From: Neovahlkampfia damariscottae
Lineage: Eukaryota
Direction: 5' to 3'
Length of the DNA stretch: 40,735 nucleotides
Assembly (NCBI GenBank): GCA_016618085.1
Contig: JABLTG010000011.1
Span: 186,001-226,735 of the forward strand
Shown here piece by piece: positions 12,415 to 24,511 of this stretch. Positions within the stretch are counted from its first letter, which is position 1; every line of letters starts with the position of its first letter. A program made the translations under genes and the position numbers. The notes beneath the pieces were generated by a model, which saw only the letters and a program-made list of their open reading frames with translations, did not search any database and was not told where the DNA came from.

Positions 12415-12843
12415 ATGCCACAAACTGGAATCCCAACTGAAACTGAATGTGTTAGCGAATACACTGCTATGAAACTCAACAAAGTTAAATATGCTTATAT
12501 CATCTTCGGTATGGACAAAGATTATTCAAAAATCCAAATCATTAAAAAAGGAGACGAATCAGCATCATATGACGATTTCGTTGCTGAACTCCCATTAGAT
12601 GATTGCCGTTACGCTGTAGTCAATATTAAATTCTCACTTGAAGATGGTGGTGAAAGAGAAAAATTACTTTTCGTTCAATGGTCACCAAACAAAGCTAAAC
12701 TCAAATCAAAAATGCTTTATTCAACAAGTAAAGAAGATTTCAAAAAACAACTCAACGGAGTTGCAATTGAATTACAAGCAAATGGTCCAGAAGAAGTTAC
12801 TTATGACGAAGCTCTTGCTAAATGTATGCAATTCGCAAAATAA
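12415..12843 (+). CDS. ADF/cofilin actin-depolymerizing factor
   Basis: YDDFVAELPLDDCRYAV, KLLFVQWSP, KSKMLYSTSK, ELQA; C-ending codon bias suggests high expression. Confidence 0.95.
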   Translation: MPQTGIPTETECVSEYTAMKLNKVKYAYIIFGMDKDYSKIQIIKKGDESASYDDFVAELPLDDCRYAVVNIKFSLEDGGEREKLLFVQWSPNKAKLKSKMLYSTSKEDFKKQLNGVAIELQANGPEEVTYDEALAKCMQFAK

Positions 12844-12936
12844 CTTAAATAAATTGTTTTTTGCCTTTAATATTTTATTTTGGAACCTTCTAGTTATAAT
12901 ATCCAATTGATTGATTTTTTGTTTGAACTTTGCGTT

Positions 12937-13785
12937 ATGTCCTTGAATGCAGAGAAAACAAAATTACTTTCAAATGAAGGATATTTAGCAGCTGAAATTG
13001 TAGATGAAGATAGTGATGAAGAATATATGTACATGAGGTAACTTGTTAATTTTTAAAAAAATGAAGAGTGAAAAAAAAAAAAAAAAAAAGACCAGTTTCT
13101 CATATTTCAGTTGATAGTTCTATTTCTCAAAAGAAAAAGAATATACTTTCAGTTTTACAAATTGAAAAAGAATTATTAACTCAATTACAATATTGGAGGT
13201 AACAAAGTATAAAATTGATGAAAAAAAAAGGAATTGTTTCACATGTTCATGTTGTTGTACAGGTATTTTATTGTTTATCACTTTTATTGGATATTTTATT
13301 TATTTCTTTTTTTCTCATCCTCTATTATTTGTTTCACAGATTCAAGTATCAAGTTTAAGAGAAAGGGATAGAAATACAACAATAAGTTTAAGATTTCTAT
13401 TTGAATCCAAAAATTTTAATTTGATACCAATTTCAATTGAAAAGATAAATGGAAAATTATTAGTTTTGGATGCAAATGATCCAGTGAGAAATTTATTTGA
13501 TTTCTAATTTTAAAGGTTATCTCTTATGATTTAGGAAAAGTATTTAATTTAACAAAAAGAGATATTTCAACAGGAAACAATCGCTTTAATCTTTTACAAT
13601 ACTTGGATTGTGGTTTGAATTATCAAAAAGTTAGAGGTTTAATTTTGAACTTTCAACATGCATTAAGTTTTAAAGGTCACTTTGAATACAAAATTTTATT
13701 TTTTGACTTTATGTATAAATTTGAATTTTATCAGCCGTGTGCAAATGGATGTAATGAAAACAACAATAAAAAATTGCTTTTTTAA
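12937..13785 (+). CDS. Single-pass membrane protein with Cys-rich juxtamembrane segment, possibly LEA_2/NDR1-HIN1-like
   Basis: ATG 12937, 3 introns; CFTCSCCC then a TM helix, then a beta-rich segment with NFNLIPI. Confidence 0.55.
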
Positions 13786-13803
13786 TTTTATTATTTTTAT
13801 TTT

Positions 13804-14057
13804 AATGAATCAGATTAAAAGAGTGTTATCATTGGAAGAAGTCACTTTCAAAGAGCAAAGCAAATATTTTCTTGTTTTTTCTTCAACAAAAAATATTAAA
13901 CTTTTTCTTTTTTTTTTCTTTCTCATTTGTTTATGTATAAAATTAGATTAATAATATCACACATAAACTTGGAGATAAAACATCAAGTTGAATATTTCAA
14001 CCATCAAATTGCTTTTGTACCTTCCTCAAACCTTTTACTAAAACCATCATTTTCATT
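13804..14057 (-). ncRNA. Candidate long C/D-box (snoRNA-like) structured RNA
   Basis: Terminal stem AATGAA/TTCATT flanking box C-like ATGATGG and box D CTGA; internal D'/C'-like pair; three internal hairpins; fills an unusually long intergenic gap. Confidence 0.5.
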
Positions 14058-14081
14058 GGATAAAAAAATTAAAATGAATAT

Positions 14082-17000
14082 TTATTTCAAATTGTCATTG
14101 TTAAAGTAAATTGGATAAGATTCAATTAAACTTAATTTTAATACTTCAACTTGTTGTAAATTTTCATTTAATATTTTTGATTTCTTTTCAAATAAAATAT
14201 AATCACAATATTTTGAAATCACATCAAATTCATTTATACTCTTATTTAAAATTTGATTTAAATTTAAAATATTATTTATTGATTTTGGTAAATTAAATAA
14301 TTGATTCTTAAATAATAAAAGAATATTTTTAATTTTTAATTCTTTATTATCTGAACTAAAATAAAGAAATAATAATTGTTCAAAAAATTTCAATCTTTCA
14401 TTATTATTCTTTAAAGAAAATTCTTTTAAACTTTCTTGTAATTCAATTTTAAATTCAATTTTAATTAAAAATATATTTTGTTTGTCCAGTTTGAATTGAG
14501 ATTCTATTGTAGAAATATAATTTAAATCATTTTCTTCCACCTTGTCATTTCCATCAACACTATTCATCTCATCAACTACTTCATCATTACTTTGTTCAAT
14601 TCCATCATTAAAATAATATTCTAAATTTAAAAATAAAAATAAATGATAAAGAGAATTATAATTTTTAAAATTCAAAATTTCCTTTTTAAAATCAATAAAA
14701 TTTTGATTTGATAAAAATAAATTCCAATAATTTAAAAAATAAAAATTTAAATAATAATTCATTTGATTTAAATCATTAATTTCTTTTGATAAAATTGAAC
14801 AAATTAAATAATTTTTAAATTGATATTGATTTCTTAATTCAATACATTTGATACCTTTTTTAAATTGATTACAAAAGAAATAACATTTTGATGCATTTTC
14901 ATAATCTAATATTTCTAATGAATATTTTGCCCAATCTTGATATAAATTAAATAAATATTCATTTTCATTTTTATTTAAAGGTATATTATTAATATTAATT
15001 CTTGATTTATATAAACTAATTGCATCTCTATATAAATTTGATCTTTTTAATACTTCAATAGCTTCATTTAAATTATTATATGATAAATTAATGGATACAC
15101 TTGTTTTAATTTCACCTATCTCTTCATATTTCTCACTATAAAATTTACACATCTTGGAATATACTTCTTTACCAAGTTGTGATGAAATACTTAACCATAA
15201 TAAATTTGGTTTTATTTCTTTATGTAATAAATTTAAACATTTCTCAATTTCACCATTATAAAAATATAAAAATAGTAATTTTTCATTTTTCTTTTTTTCT
15301 TCTTCTTCTTCTTTTACCATTTCATTAATCTCTTGAGTAATTAAATTATTTTTAGAAAATAAATTTAAATCAGGATAGTTATAAAATATATCATCTTGTT
15401 GTTCATTATTCATTACTTTAAATTTCTTGTTTTCATTTTGGGTTTGACTTTGAGATTGACTTTGATTTTGAGATTGTATTTCAGTTTCATCATTTTCATA
15501 TTTTCTTTTTTTTAAATAAGATAATAATTCAATACATGAATCTTGTTTAACTTTTAAATTTAAATTTGATGTATTTGATAATTTGAATAATGATTTTTCA
15601 GTTTTTTGAATAATCTTTGATAGATTATTTTCACTATTTTTATTTTGATTATCACTCCCATTAGAATCACTCCCACCACCAATACCACCATTACTACTTC
15701 CAATTTTACCAACTTGATTCTTTTTTTGTTTTTGTTTTTGATATTGATATTGTGGTGGTACTTTAAATTTTGAATCAATTTTATAATTCCATTTTAGTAA
15801 TAAATCATCATCACCAGAAGAATAAATTATATCTTCTTTTAAAATTGACCATTGAATTGAAAATACTTTACCAAAATGATTTCTAAAGTTATATAAACCT
15901 TCACCTGTTTGAATATTCCAAATTTGAATAGATTTATCAATTGAACAAGATGCTATTGGTTTAAATATTAATGAATTAAATAAACTAACCAATTAAATTA
16001 TCATTATGATTTGACCAAGATAAATCTAAAATATCATTTTCATGTCCTTTTAATTTTGATATTAAATTAAAATTATTATTAAAAATAAATATTAAATTAT
16101 CTTTTGATAAACTTGCAATAAAATTATTTTTTAAATTTATTTTTAATTTTATAATTTCATGTGTTTGTTCATCTTTTATTGATTTAATTAAATTTAATTC
16201 TTCATTTTCTTTTAGTTGATAAATATTTAAATTTCCATTTTTAAATCCAATTAAAATCCAATTATTATTATAATTGGTTGATATAGATGATATGATTGAG
16301 TCATATTTTAATTTTAATATTTTTGATTTTCTTTCAAATTTATTTATATCATTAATTAATATATTTTCATTTAAAGAAAAACTTAAAAATTTAATTTCTT
16401 CTTTTTCATTTAAAATCCATTCTAAATTTAGAATAGATGATTTATGATAAGAATGAAATATTTTTGTTTGTTCATTTGATTTAATAAAACCAATTCTACC
16501 ATCTTGACAACCAAAAATAATTAAATTTTCAATAGATGGATGATATTTTAAACATGTTACTTTAGATTGAATACCTTTCCAAATTTGTTTATAAAAATTA
16601 GAATTATTTGGATCAATAATTCTTATCATTTTATCTGAACATCCAATACATATTTTACTTGATATTAAATTTTGATCCAATGAAATACCAATACCACCTA
16701 AACATCTAATTATATATTTACTTTTTAAATCTTTTAAATTCCAAATTCTAATTTCTCTATCCATTGAACTTGTAATTAATAAATATTTTTGTTTTAAATG
16801 AAAATTTAAACTAAATATTAATCTTTTATGTGCATTTAAAAATATTTTCTTTTTTTCTATTTTTCCATTTTCATCATTAATAGTCCATTCAATTAAATTG
16901 ATATCATTTCCACTTTGATCATTTAAACAAGATGAAGATATTAATATATTTTTAAAATGTTGATTAAATTTTAAAGATATCCAACATGTTGTATTTTCAT

Positions 17001-17722
17001 TCTTATTCATTCTTTTTTCATTATTTGATAATTTTAAAATGGAACAACATTCAAAATCATTTTCATTCAATTTCCAAATTCTAATTGTTTTATCTTTTGA
17101 ACTTGATGCTAATATTTTATTTTTCATTGAATATTTCCAAGATAATGATTGTATTTCATCTTCATGTCCATAAAGTTTAAATAAAATATCAAAGTTTAAT
17201 AAATTTAAAATAATTATAACTCCATTTTTATATCCAATAGCAATTATATTTGAATCAAATGTTGATACTTTTAATGTCATTATAGTGTTATTTAAAAATT
17301 GAAAATTAGAAAGTGTTTGAGTTGTATATTTTGAAATATTCTTCCAAATTATAATATTACCATGTTTATCTCCTGTTACAATAGTATCATTTGAATAACA
17401 AATAGAAGTAATTTCAAACTAAAATATTTAGTTGTTAGTTTATCTTTACTTTATGGTTTTGATGTTTCATTAAAATTGATTTAGTATTTATATCCCAAAT
17501 GATAACTCTTTTATCTTCAGAACAACTAACTAAAGTTGAGTTGGTCAAAAATTGAACACCACTAATTCTACTGGTATGTTCCATCAAAGAAGTCACAAAA
17601 ATTTTACTTTCAAAATCTATAATAACTACAGAATTTTTGCTTCCATATGCACATAAAGTTCCTTCATTCAAATCAACAAGTTGGTCATGAAACCAATTTG
17701 GTGAAGGAAAAAGAAGTGTCAT
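14082..17722 (-). CDS. GEMIN5: Gemin5-like protein (tandem WD40 propellers plus TPR-like region), 2 introns
   Basis: N-terminal LFPSPNWF matches the Gemin5 PPSPNWY start; many WD repeats; IWKGIQSKVTCL; helical C-terminal region. Confidence 0.75.
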
Positions 17723-17861
17723 TGGTCAGAATTTTCAAAAAAAAAAAATGTTGAAATAAACTTTATTTTCCTTTTAAAATTCAAACAATTTCTCAAATGA
17801 AAATGATTGGTTTATCAACCGTCAATTCATTGGTGGAAATCAAAGTAGACGTTTGTTCAAA

Positions 17862-18421
17862 ATGAGAGTTTTGTTGAGCATTTTTTTGATTTTATGTCTT
17901 CTATTTTTCGCTTCTGGATATGAATTAGAATCGATTAGAGATTTGGAAGAAGATGTAAGTGGTTTAGATCTTGAAGATGAACCTGAAGAAGAAAATACAC
18001 TCGGAAAACTTGAAGACGAAGCTTTAAGTGCAATTGCTGATGCTAAAAAAATAACTGAAGGAAAAGATGAAAGTGATGAAGAAGAGCCAACCTCTCTTTC
18101 AACAACTAATAAAACAACAGCACCAGCTGGAGCCGAAACAACTGAAACAAAATGTGATCCAAACAAAGCAAAATCAAAAACAGTTACCATTATATTAGCT
18201 ATATTTTTAGGTGGACTTGGTGTTGATAGATTTTATATTGGTAATTATGTTACAGTGAGTGTTTTTGATTAATTTATATTTTTTTTAAAAAAAAGGGAAT
18301 AGTTGTTATCTGTATTAACATCTTATTTGGAGGTCTCTTTGGACTTGTATGGCCTATTGTGGACTTAATTTTAATCTTAACAGGCTCAGTAAAAGACGGA
18401 AACGGTTGTCCATTACAATAA
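17862..18421 (+). CDS. TM2-domain membrane protein with signal peptide, 1 intron
   Basis: KSKTVTIILAIFLGGLGVDRFYIG...WPIVDLILILTG...KDGNG. Confidence 0.9.
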
Positions 18422-18469
18422 ACTTTATTATTAGAGTTAGTACTTCCAATTGGATTGAAAGAGTGTAAC

Positions 18470-20105
18470 TTATTCAAATGATTGAGATATTTGAGTTAAA
18501 TCAAGATCTTCATCTAAATCATTTAATTGAGGAGATGTATTCTTTTTTTTTAATTTTTCAGTTGAAGGAGGTGTAAAATTAATTTCTTGAGATGATGAAA
18601 AATCTAATGGTTCATCAGACATTTCATTTACTTTTTAGATTTTAAATGATAATTCTTTTACTTTTTCTTTTTAAATTTTTAGTTGATTTCAAAATTGAAT
18701 CTTGTAAATCATTTTGAAATGATTCAATGATTGGTAATATTTCTTTTGATATTTTCTTTTTATTTGAATTTTTTAATTTAATTTCTAATTTTTTAATTTT
18801 TGATTCATTTTGTTGTGATTCAACTTTAATATTTTTAATTTGATTATTTAAAGATATTATATCATTTTTTAATCCACCAATATTATTGTTACCAATACTA
18901 TTACCACCACCAATATTACCACTATTACCAGATTTATTCATCATATTCTTATCCAATTTATATTTTAATAATTCATTTTGTATTTTATTTAATTCATCAT
19001 TTTGATATTTTAAAGATAATTCTGTTCTTCTTAATTCTTCATTTAATTTTATACATTCATCTGATTTATCTTCAAATGATTTCATATAAAAATTACGATC
19101 TTTTTTATAATTTTCATTTTGATTATTATTTCCATTTTCAAATTGTTTAATAATTATATTTAATTTATTTATATTTAATTTTTGATCTTTTATTATTTTT
19201 TCATTCTTTTTTTTTAAACTTTCTAAATTAATATTTTCATTTTCTAAATTTAATATTCTCTTTTGCATTTCATTTATTAATTCTATTTTCTTTTCATTAT
19301 TTTTTATTTCTTCTTGATTCATTTCATTCTTTTCTTTCATTTTTTTAATTTCATTTTTTTTCTTTTCAATAACTTTTTCTTTTATTTCAATATCTTTTTC
19401 AAAATCTAATTTAATCATTTGTATATCTCTTAATTCATTCTTTATTTCTTCATTCTCTTCTTTTAATATTTTAATCTCTTCTTTCTTTTTTTTATTATTC
19501 TCTTCAATATCTAATATTTGTTTTTTAAAATTAATTTCTTGTTTTTTGATTTTATCATTTAATAAATTAATCATTTGTAAATTATTAGAAATATTTGAAT
19601 TGTTATTTGAATTTGAGTTTGGAGTTGAATTTGAGTTGGTATTTAGGTTTGAGTTGATATTTAGATTGGTGTTGGTGTTTAGGTTTGAATCATTCTCTTT
19701 TTCAACTTTTTTCTTTTTCGAAGTAATTTTAAATTCTTTGGCATAACTCTGATTTGGTTCAATTATCTAAATGATATTTAATTAATATTTTCAATTTACA
19801 AAACTTTCATCCAATTTTAATTTTTCAAAATGTTTTATTTTTTTTCCTTTGAACTCAATTTCAGCTTGTGAATCTAAAATGTATATATAAACATTATTTC
19901 CATCATTATGAATAGAAGAGTGATATTGTAAAGCTTCTTTATTTTTTAAACGAATATTTGAAGAAGACTATATTTAAAAAATAAAACAAATATTTACATG
20001 ACCACCAACTGTTAATGGACCAATGGATAATGGTATTGATTTCAAAACTTTTTGAGAATCCTTGGATATTGGCTTTAAATAAAATTGTTGTTTTTCCTGT
20101 TCCAT
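18470..20105 (-). CDS. Coiled-coil protein with a possible degenerate N-terminal FHA-like domain, 3 introns
   Basis: ATG 20105; spliced N-terminus GPLTVGGHSSSNIRL...HSSI; long K/E/N coiled coil; TAA at 18470. Confidence 0.6.
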
Positions 20106-20189
20106 CGTTGAACCGAAAAAAAATTTGTTTTTTTATGATTGGTCACTTAGATCTTCACCAATCAATTCAAAAATTAAAAATAACTTTGT

Positions 20190-20795
20190 ATGTCTTGGTT
20201 TGGTTGGGGTGACGAAAAAACGAATGAAAAAAAAGAAACATCTTCAAGTTGGTTTAATTGGGGCAATAGTGATGAAGTTGGACAAGAAGAAGGATGCAGT
20301 GAAAGCATTGGTTTGAATTATGTTTTTAATATTATTTTAGTTTTTGATGCACCTTTAGATGTTTGTTTAAGTGTTATTACAGATTATACAAAATATCCTG
20401 AATTTCTGAGTGACATGTATGAAACAAAAATACGAAAAGATGTTTCTGATGAAGTCAAAGAAGTTTATTATTCTCTTAATTTAAAATTCACAACTATTGA
20501 ATATGTACTAAAATTAACTAAAACAGAAAATGGTGTTCAATGGTGTCATGTTGGTAAAAAAAAAATTAGAAATTAAAAAAGAAAAATAGAATTGGGACCA
20601 TTTTTAAAAAATAATGGATCATGGACTTTAGAAGAGAAAAATGGTAAAACTCATGCTGTGTATACAGTAGATGTTGCTTTTAGTGTTTATGTACCAGGAT
20701 TTATGAAAGATTATGTTGTAGGATCTAGTCTACCAACAACTTTGGATGCATTTAAAAAAAGAATTGAGTCTGTCTATTCGAAAATGAAAAAATAA
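20190..20795 (+). CDS. SRPBCC/START polyketide-cyclase-like (Coq10/RatA-like) protein, paralog 1
   Basis: VITDYTKYPEFL, GPFLKNNGSW, LDAFKKR; introns 20311-20340 and ~20554-20589. Confidence 0.8.
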
Positions 20796-20845
20796 ATAAT
20801 ATACTATCTGTTGTATTTTTTTATCCAATAATATTCATTTTTAAA

Positions 20846-21445
20846 ATGTCTTGGTTTGGTTTTGGTCAAACGTTCAAAAAATTTAAATCTTTAACATTAA
20901 AATAGTAATGATAAACAAACAAATATTCCAGAAGGATGTGAAGAACATATTATTTTTGATGCTTCAATGGAAGACACACTTTCAGTTATTTGTGATTATG
21001 ATAAATATGCTGACTTTTTATGGGATTTAACAGAAACTAAAACTGTAAAAGAAATGGATACCAATACACATGAAGTGTGGTATAAAGTTAACTTAAAATT
21101 TGTGACTATTGAATACAATTTAATATTAAAAAGAAGTGAAAATAAATTAGAATGGAAAGAAGTTGAAGGAAATTCAGGTCCTTTTTTATTTAATAATGGT
21201 GGATGGTATTTGGAAGAAAAAGATGGAAAAACTCATGCAAAATATGTTGTAAATGTAAGAATTAAAATTAAACATACTAAATGATAAAATAGTGGTATTC
21301 ATTTGTATAATATTAATAATTCTATTTAAGTGCATCAACTATTTGGGTTCCAGATATGGTTAGAAAATATATAATTCAAAGTAGATTGCCTGCAACTTTA
21401 GATGCATTCAAAAAGAGAGTAGAGCAGTACAGCCAAAATAAATAA
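20846..21445 (+). CDS. SRPBCC/START polyketide-cyclase-like protein, tandem paralog 2 (contains a 2-nt exon)
   Basis: Same MSWFG start and motifs as paralog 1; introns ~20872-20905, 21255-21292 and 21295-21330. Confidence 0.8.
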
Positions 21446-21524
21446 AATGATCTACCATTCTTTTATCATGAAATTAATTCAAGTTCATTCATCCAATCAA
21501 AATTTATACAGCTTCTCTTCAAAA

Positions 21525-22751
21525 ATGAAAAGATTCAAATTTTTATTTAACAAAACAATCTTGGAGGAAATACATTCTAAAATGAATAAAAGAAAAGAAT
21601 TAATTCCTGAATTATTTGATGAAATGAAGAAAGAAGAAAATAAAAATAAATATCCAAGACCAAATAATCAAACATATAATTTATTAATACAATATTATAT
21701 ATCAAATAAACAATTAAATAAAGCAGAAAAAGTATTTTATTCAATGATGAAAAGAGATTGTGAAAATGATATTAGAACTCAAACTCATAATCAAACTCAA
21801 ACCCATGACCAAGAATATCAAGATAACCATACTAAACCTATTCAAACAAACTTGAATCAAGATATAATTCAACCAAATTTAATAAATTATAATACAATGT
21901 TAAATGGATATTTAAAGAATAATAAACCAATTTTAATGAAAAAATTATTTGAAATATTAAAGAATAATAAAATAGAACCTGATTCAATAACTTATTTAAA
22001 TTTAATTACTATTCAAACAAGAAGAAAGTATACAAATAATGCAATTAAATTATTTAATGAAATGAAGAATAAATATAATATTAAACCAACTATTGAAATA
22101 TATAATTCATTATTAAATGGATTTTCAATTTCTGATGATTTTAATAATTTAATGAAATATTATAAAGAATTAAAAGAAGAATATAATTTTGAACCAGATT
22201 TATCAACATTTTCAATTTTAATTAAATATTTTTTTAAGAATCAAAAATTAAATGAAGCAGAGAATATGTATTTTGAATTAATTAATAATTATAAATTAAA
22301 ACCAGATTTAACAATAATGTGTATCATGATTGATGGTTATTCAAAAAATTCAAAAATTAAATTAGCTGAAAAATATTTTAAAAAATTAAAAAAATTAAAG
22401 TTAAAACCAAATTTATATATTTATGGTGCTTTATTAAATGGTTATAGTTTAATTGGTCAAATTGAAAAATCAGAATCTTTAGTTAGAAATTTATTTAATA
22501 ATGGTTTAGAATTAAATTCAGTTTTATTTAGAACTTTAATTACTTGTTATTCAAATTCAAATAATTTTGATAAGATTTATAATTTAATTTCAAATTATCC
22601 AAATCAACATATTAATACTTATAATTTAATTTTAAAGGCTTGTTTAAATTTTAATAAATCTCCAATTAAAATTATTAATTTAATGGAATTAAAAAATATA
22701 AAATCAAATAATCAAACATCAATGTTATTAAATGAAATTTATAAAAAATAA
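21525..22751 (+). CDS. Pentatricopeptide repeat (PPR) protein, probably mitochondrial; intronless
   Basis: ~35-aa repeats such as PNxxTYNxLI and PDxxTFSxLI; likely ATG 21525 after CCAAT 21493. Confidence 0.9.
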   Translation: MKRFKFLFNKTILEEIHSKMNKRKELIPELFDEMKKEENKNKYPRPNNQTYNLLIQYYISNKQLNKAEKVFYSMMKRDCENDIRTQTHNQTQTHDQEYQDNHTKPIQTNLNQDIIQPNLINYNTMLNGYLKNNKPILMKKLFEILKNNKIEPDSITYLNLITIQTRRKYTNNAIKLFNEMKNKYNIKPTIEIYNSLLNGFSISDDFNNLMKYYKELKEEYNFEPDLSTFSILIKYFFKNQKLNEAENMYFELINNYKLKPDLTIMCIMIDGYSKNSKIKLAEKYFKKLKKLKLKPNLYIYGALLNGYSLIGQIEKSESLVRNLFNNGLELNSVLFRTLITCYSNSNNFDKIYNLISNYPNQHINTYNLILKACLNFNKSPIKIINLMELKNIKSNNQTSMLLNEIYKK

Positions 22752-22831
22752 AAATCATTTTTACATTTTATTCAACCAATCAAAATAGATCTATATTTCG
22801 ACCAATTAACAGACTATTCTTTGAGTTGGTA

Positions 22832-24510
22832 ATGATTAATTTTACTGAACTAGATGATTCACATAAACCATCACAACAATATGTACATTCATCAACTTTA
22901 TCTGATTTTCCAATTTTACATCGTCAAATTGAAAGTCATAGAAATTTAAAAACCAAAGATTTTGCTCAAAATATTAGTGTAAAATATTTACCTGAATTAG
23001 TAAGAAAAAAAAGAAAATTAAAATATAAAGGGTTCAATAATAATATTAAATATAATTAAATAATTAAAAAGGTACCAATATATCAGATATTCGATTACAA
23101 ATAGATTTTGAAGAGACAGAAAAAAGAATGTAAATAATCTTTAATATTAATCTATAAGATTATTAATTGGATATAATTATGAAGCTAGAATATTTGAAGA
23201 TATTGATGAATTAATATCACATTTAAAATTAAAAGATAATATAAAAGAGAATTTAAATAATCCATATTGGTTAGATTAATTTAAGTTTAAATAATATAGG
23301 ATTGATTTACAAAATATAAATGAAAATGATTTAAATGAACTTTCAAAAATATATAATTTTCATGAATTAACTATTGAAGATTGTTTATCTAAAGATTCAG
23401 GTGAGAAATATGAAAAGTTTCAAAATTATATTTATTTTGTATTTACACAATTAGAAAAAGAAGATAGTTTTGGTGGATTAGATCAATTAAATATATTATT
23501 ATTTAAGAATTATGTTATTACTATTCATAGTAAAAATATTCTCCCCCCTTTTTTTTTTTAACATATTATTAAAAAGAGAATCCAATTGATGGATTTATTA
23601 ATGTATTAAAAGAGATTGAATTATATCATGAAATTGATATTGAAGATATTGAAAAATTAGAATTAAATGAAAAAGAAGAATTTAAAGAATTTATTGAAAA
23701 TGTAAAAACATCAAGAGATTTAATATTAAATTTTGAAACAACAAAAAAAGAGAAATCAAAAGAGATTAATATAGAAATGAATGATAAACCAAGTAGAAAA
23801 TGGACAAAAATACCATCATCTGATTGGATATTATATTCTATTTTAGATTCAATGGTAGATGAATATTTACCAATGGTTGATAAATTAATAAATGAAGTTG
23901 AAACTTGTGGTGAAAAAGTATTCTCTGTTTTTGATAAAGATAGAGAAGAATTCTTACAACAATTAGGACATGCTAGAAGAGATGGTTCAGAATTAAGAAG
24001 AATATTAGCTCCAAAAAGAAAAATAGCATCTTATATTGTTTCAAAAGATTTTTTATTCATTTCTAAAGATATTCAAGCTTATTTTAGAGATATATTAGAT
24101 CATATTATTTCTGCTTTAGAGAAAATTGAATTCTCAAGAGATTCACTAAGTCAAACTGTAAAAATAAGAAAATATATATGTAATTAATTTCAATAATAGC
24201 ATTCAAATTATCTTGCAAAGATATCTATTGAAATATCAGAATCATCTGAATCAACTGATAAATTTATGAATATTTTATCATTACTTGCTATTTCAATGAT
24301 ACCATTTGGTGTTATTAGTGGTTTATTTGGAATGAATGTTCAAGTACCATTTCAAAAATTTGATAGGTAAGAAGATTTAATAATTTATATATACACTACT
24401 TTAATAGTATAATACCATTCATTATTATTGTAATCATTTTAATTTCATCTTCCATTTTATTATTTTTAATTGCATATTATAGAATTTATTTATTAAATAA
24501 AAAGAAATAA
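22832..24510 (+). CDS. CorA/Alr1-family Mg2+ transporter, 7 introns (contains a 1-nt exon)
   Basis: YWIDL, FHELTIEDC, ILDSMVDEY, YFRDILDH, GLFGMNV signature, two C-terminal TM helices. Confidence 0.9.
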
Positions 24511-24511
24511 T

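Noticed and set aside
13038..13090. Possible second 1-nt exon (AG-A-GT at 13067)
   Set aside because: A single 29-nt intron 13038-13066 followed by RVKKKKKKRP keeps the frame; this depends on the homopolymer length being correct
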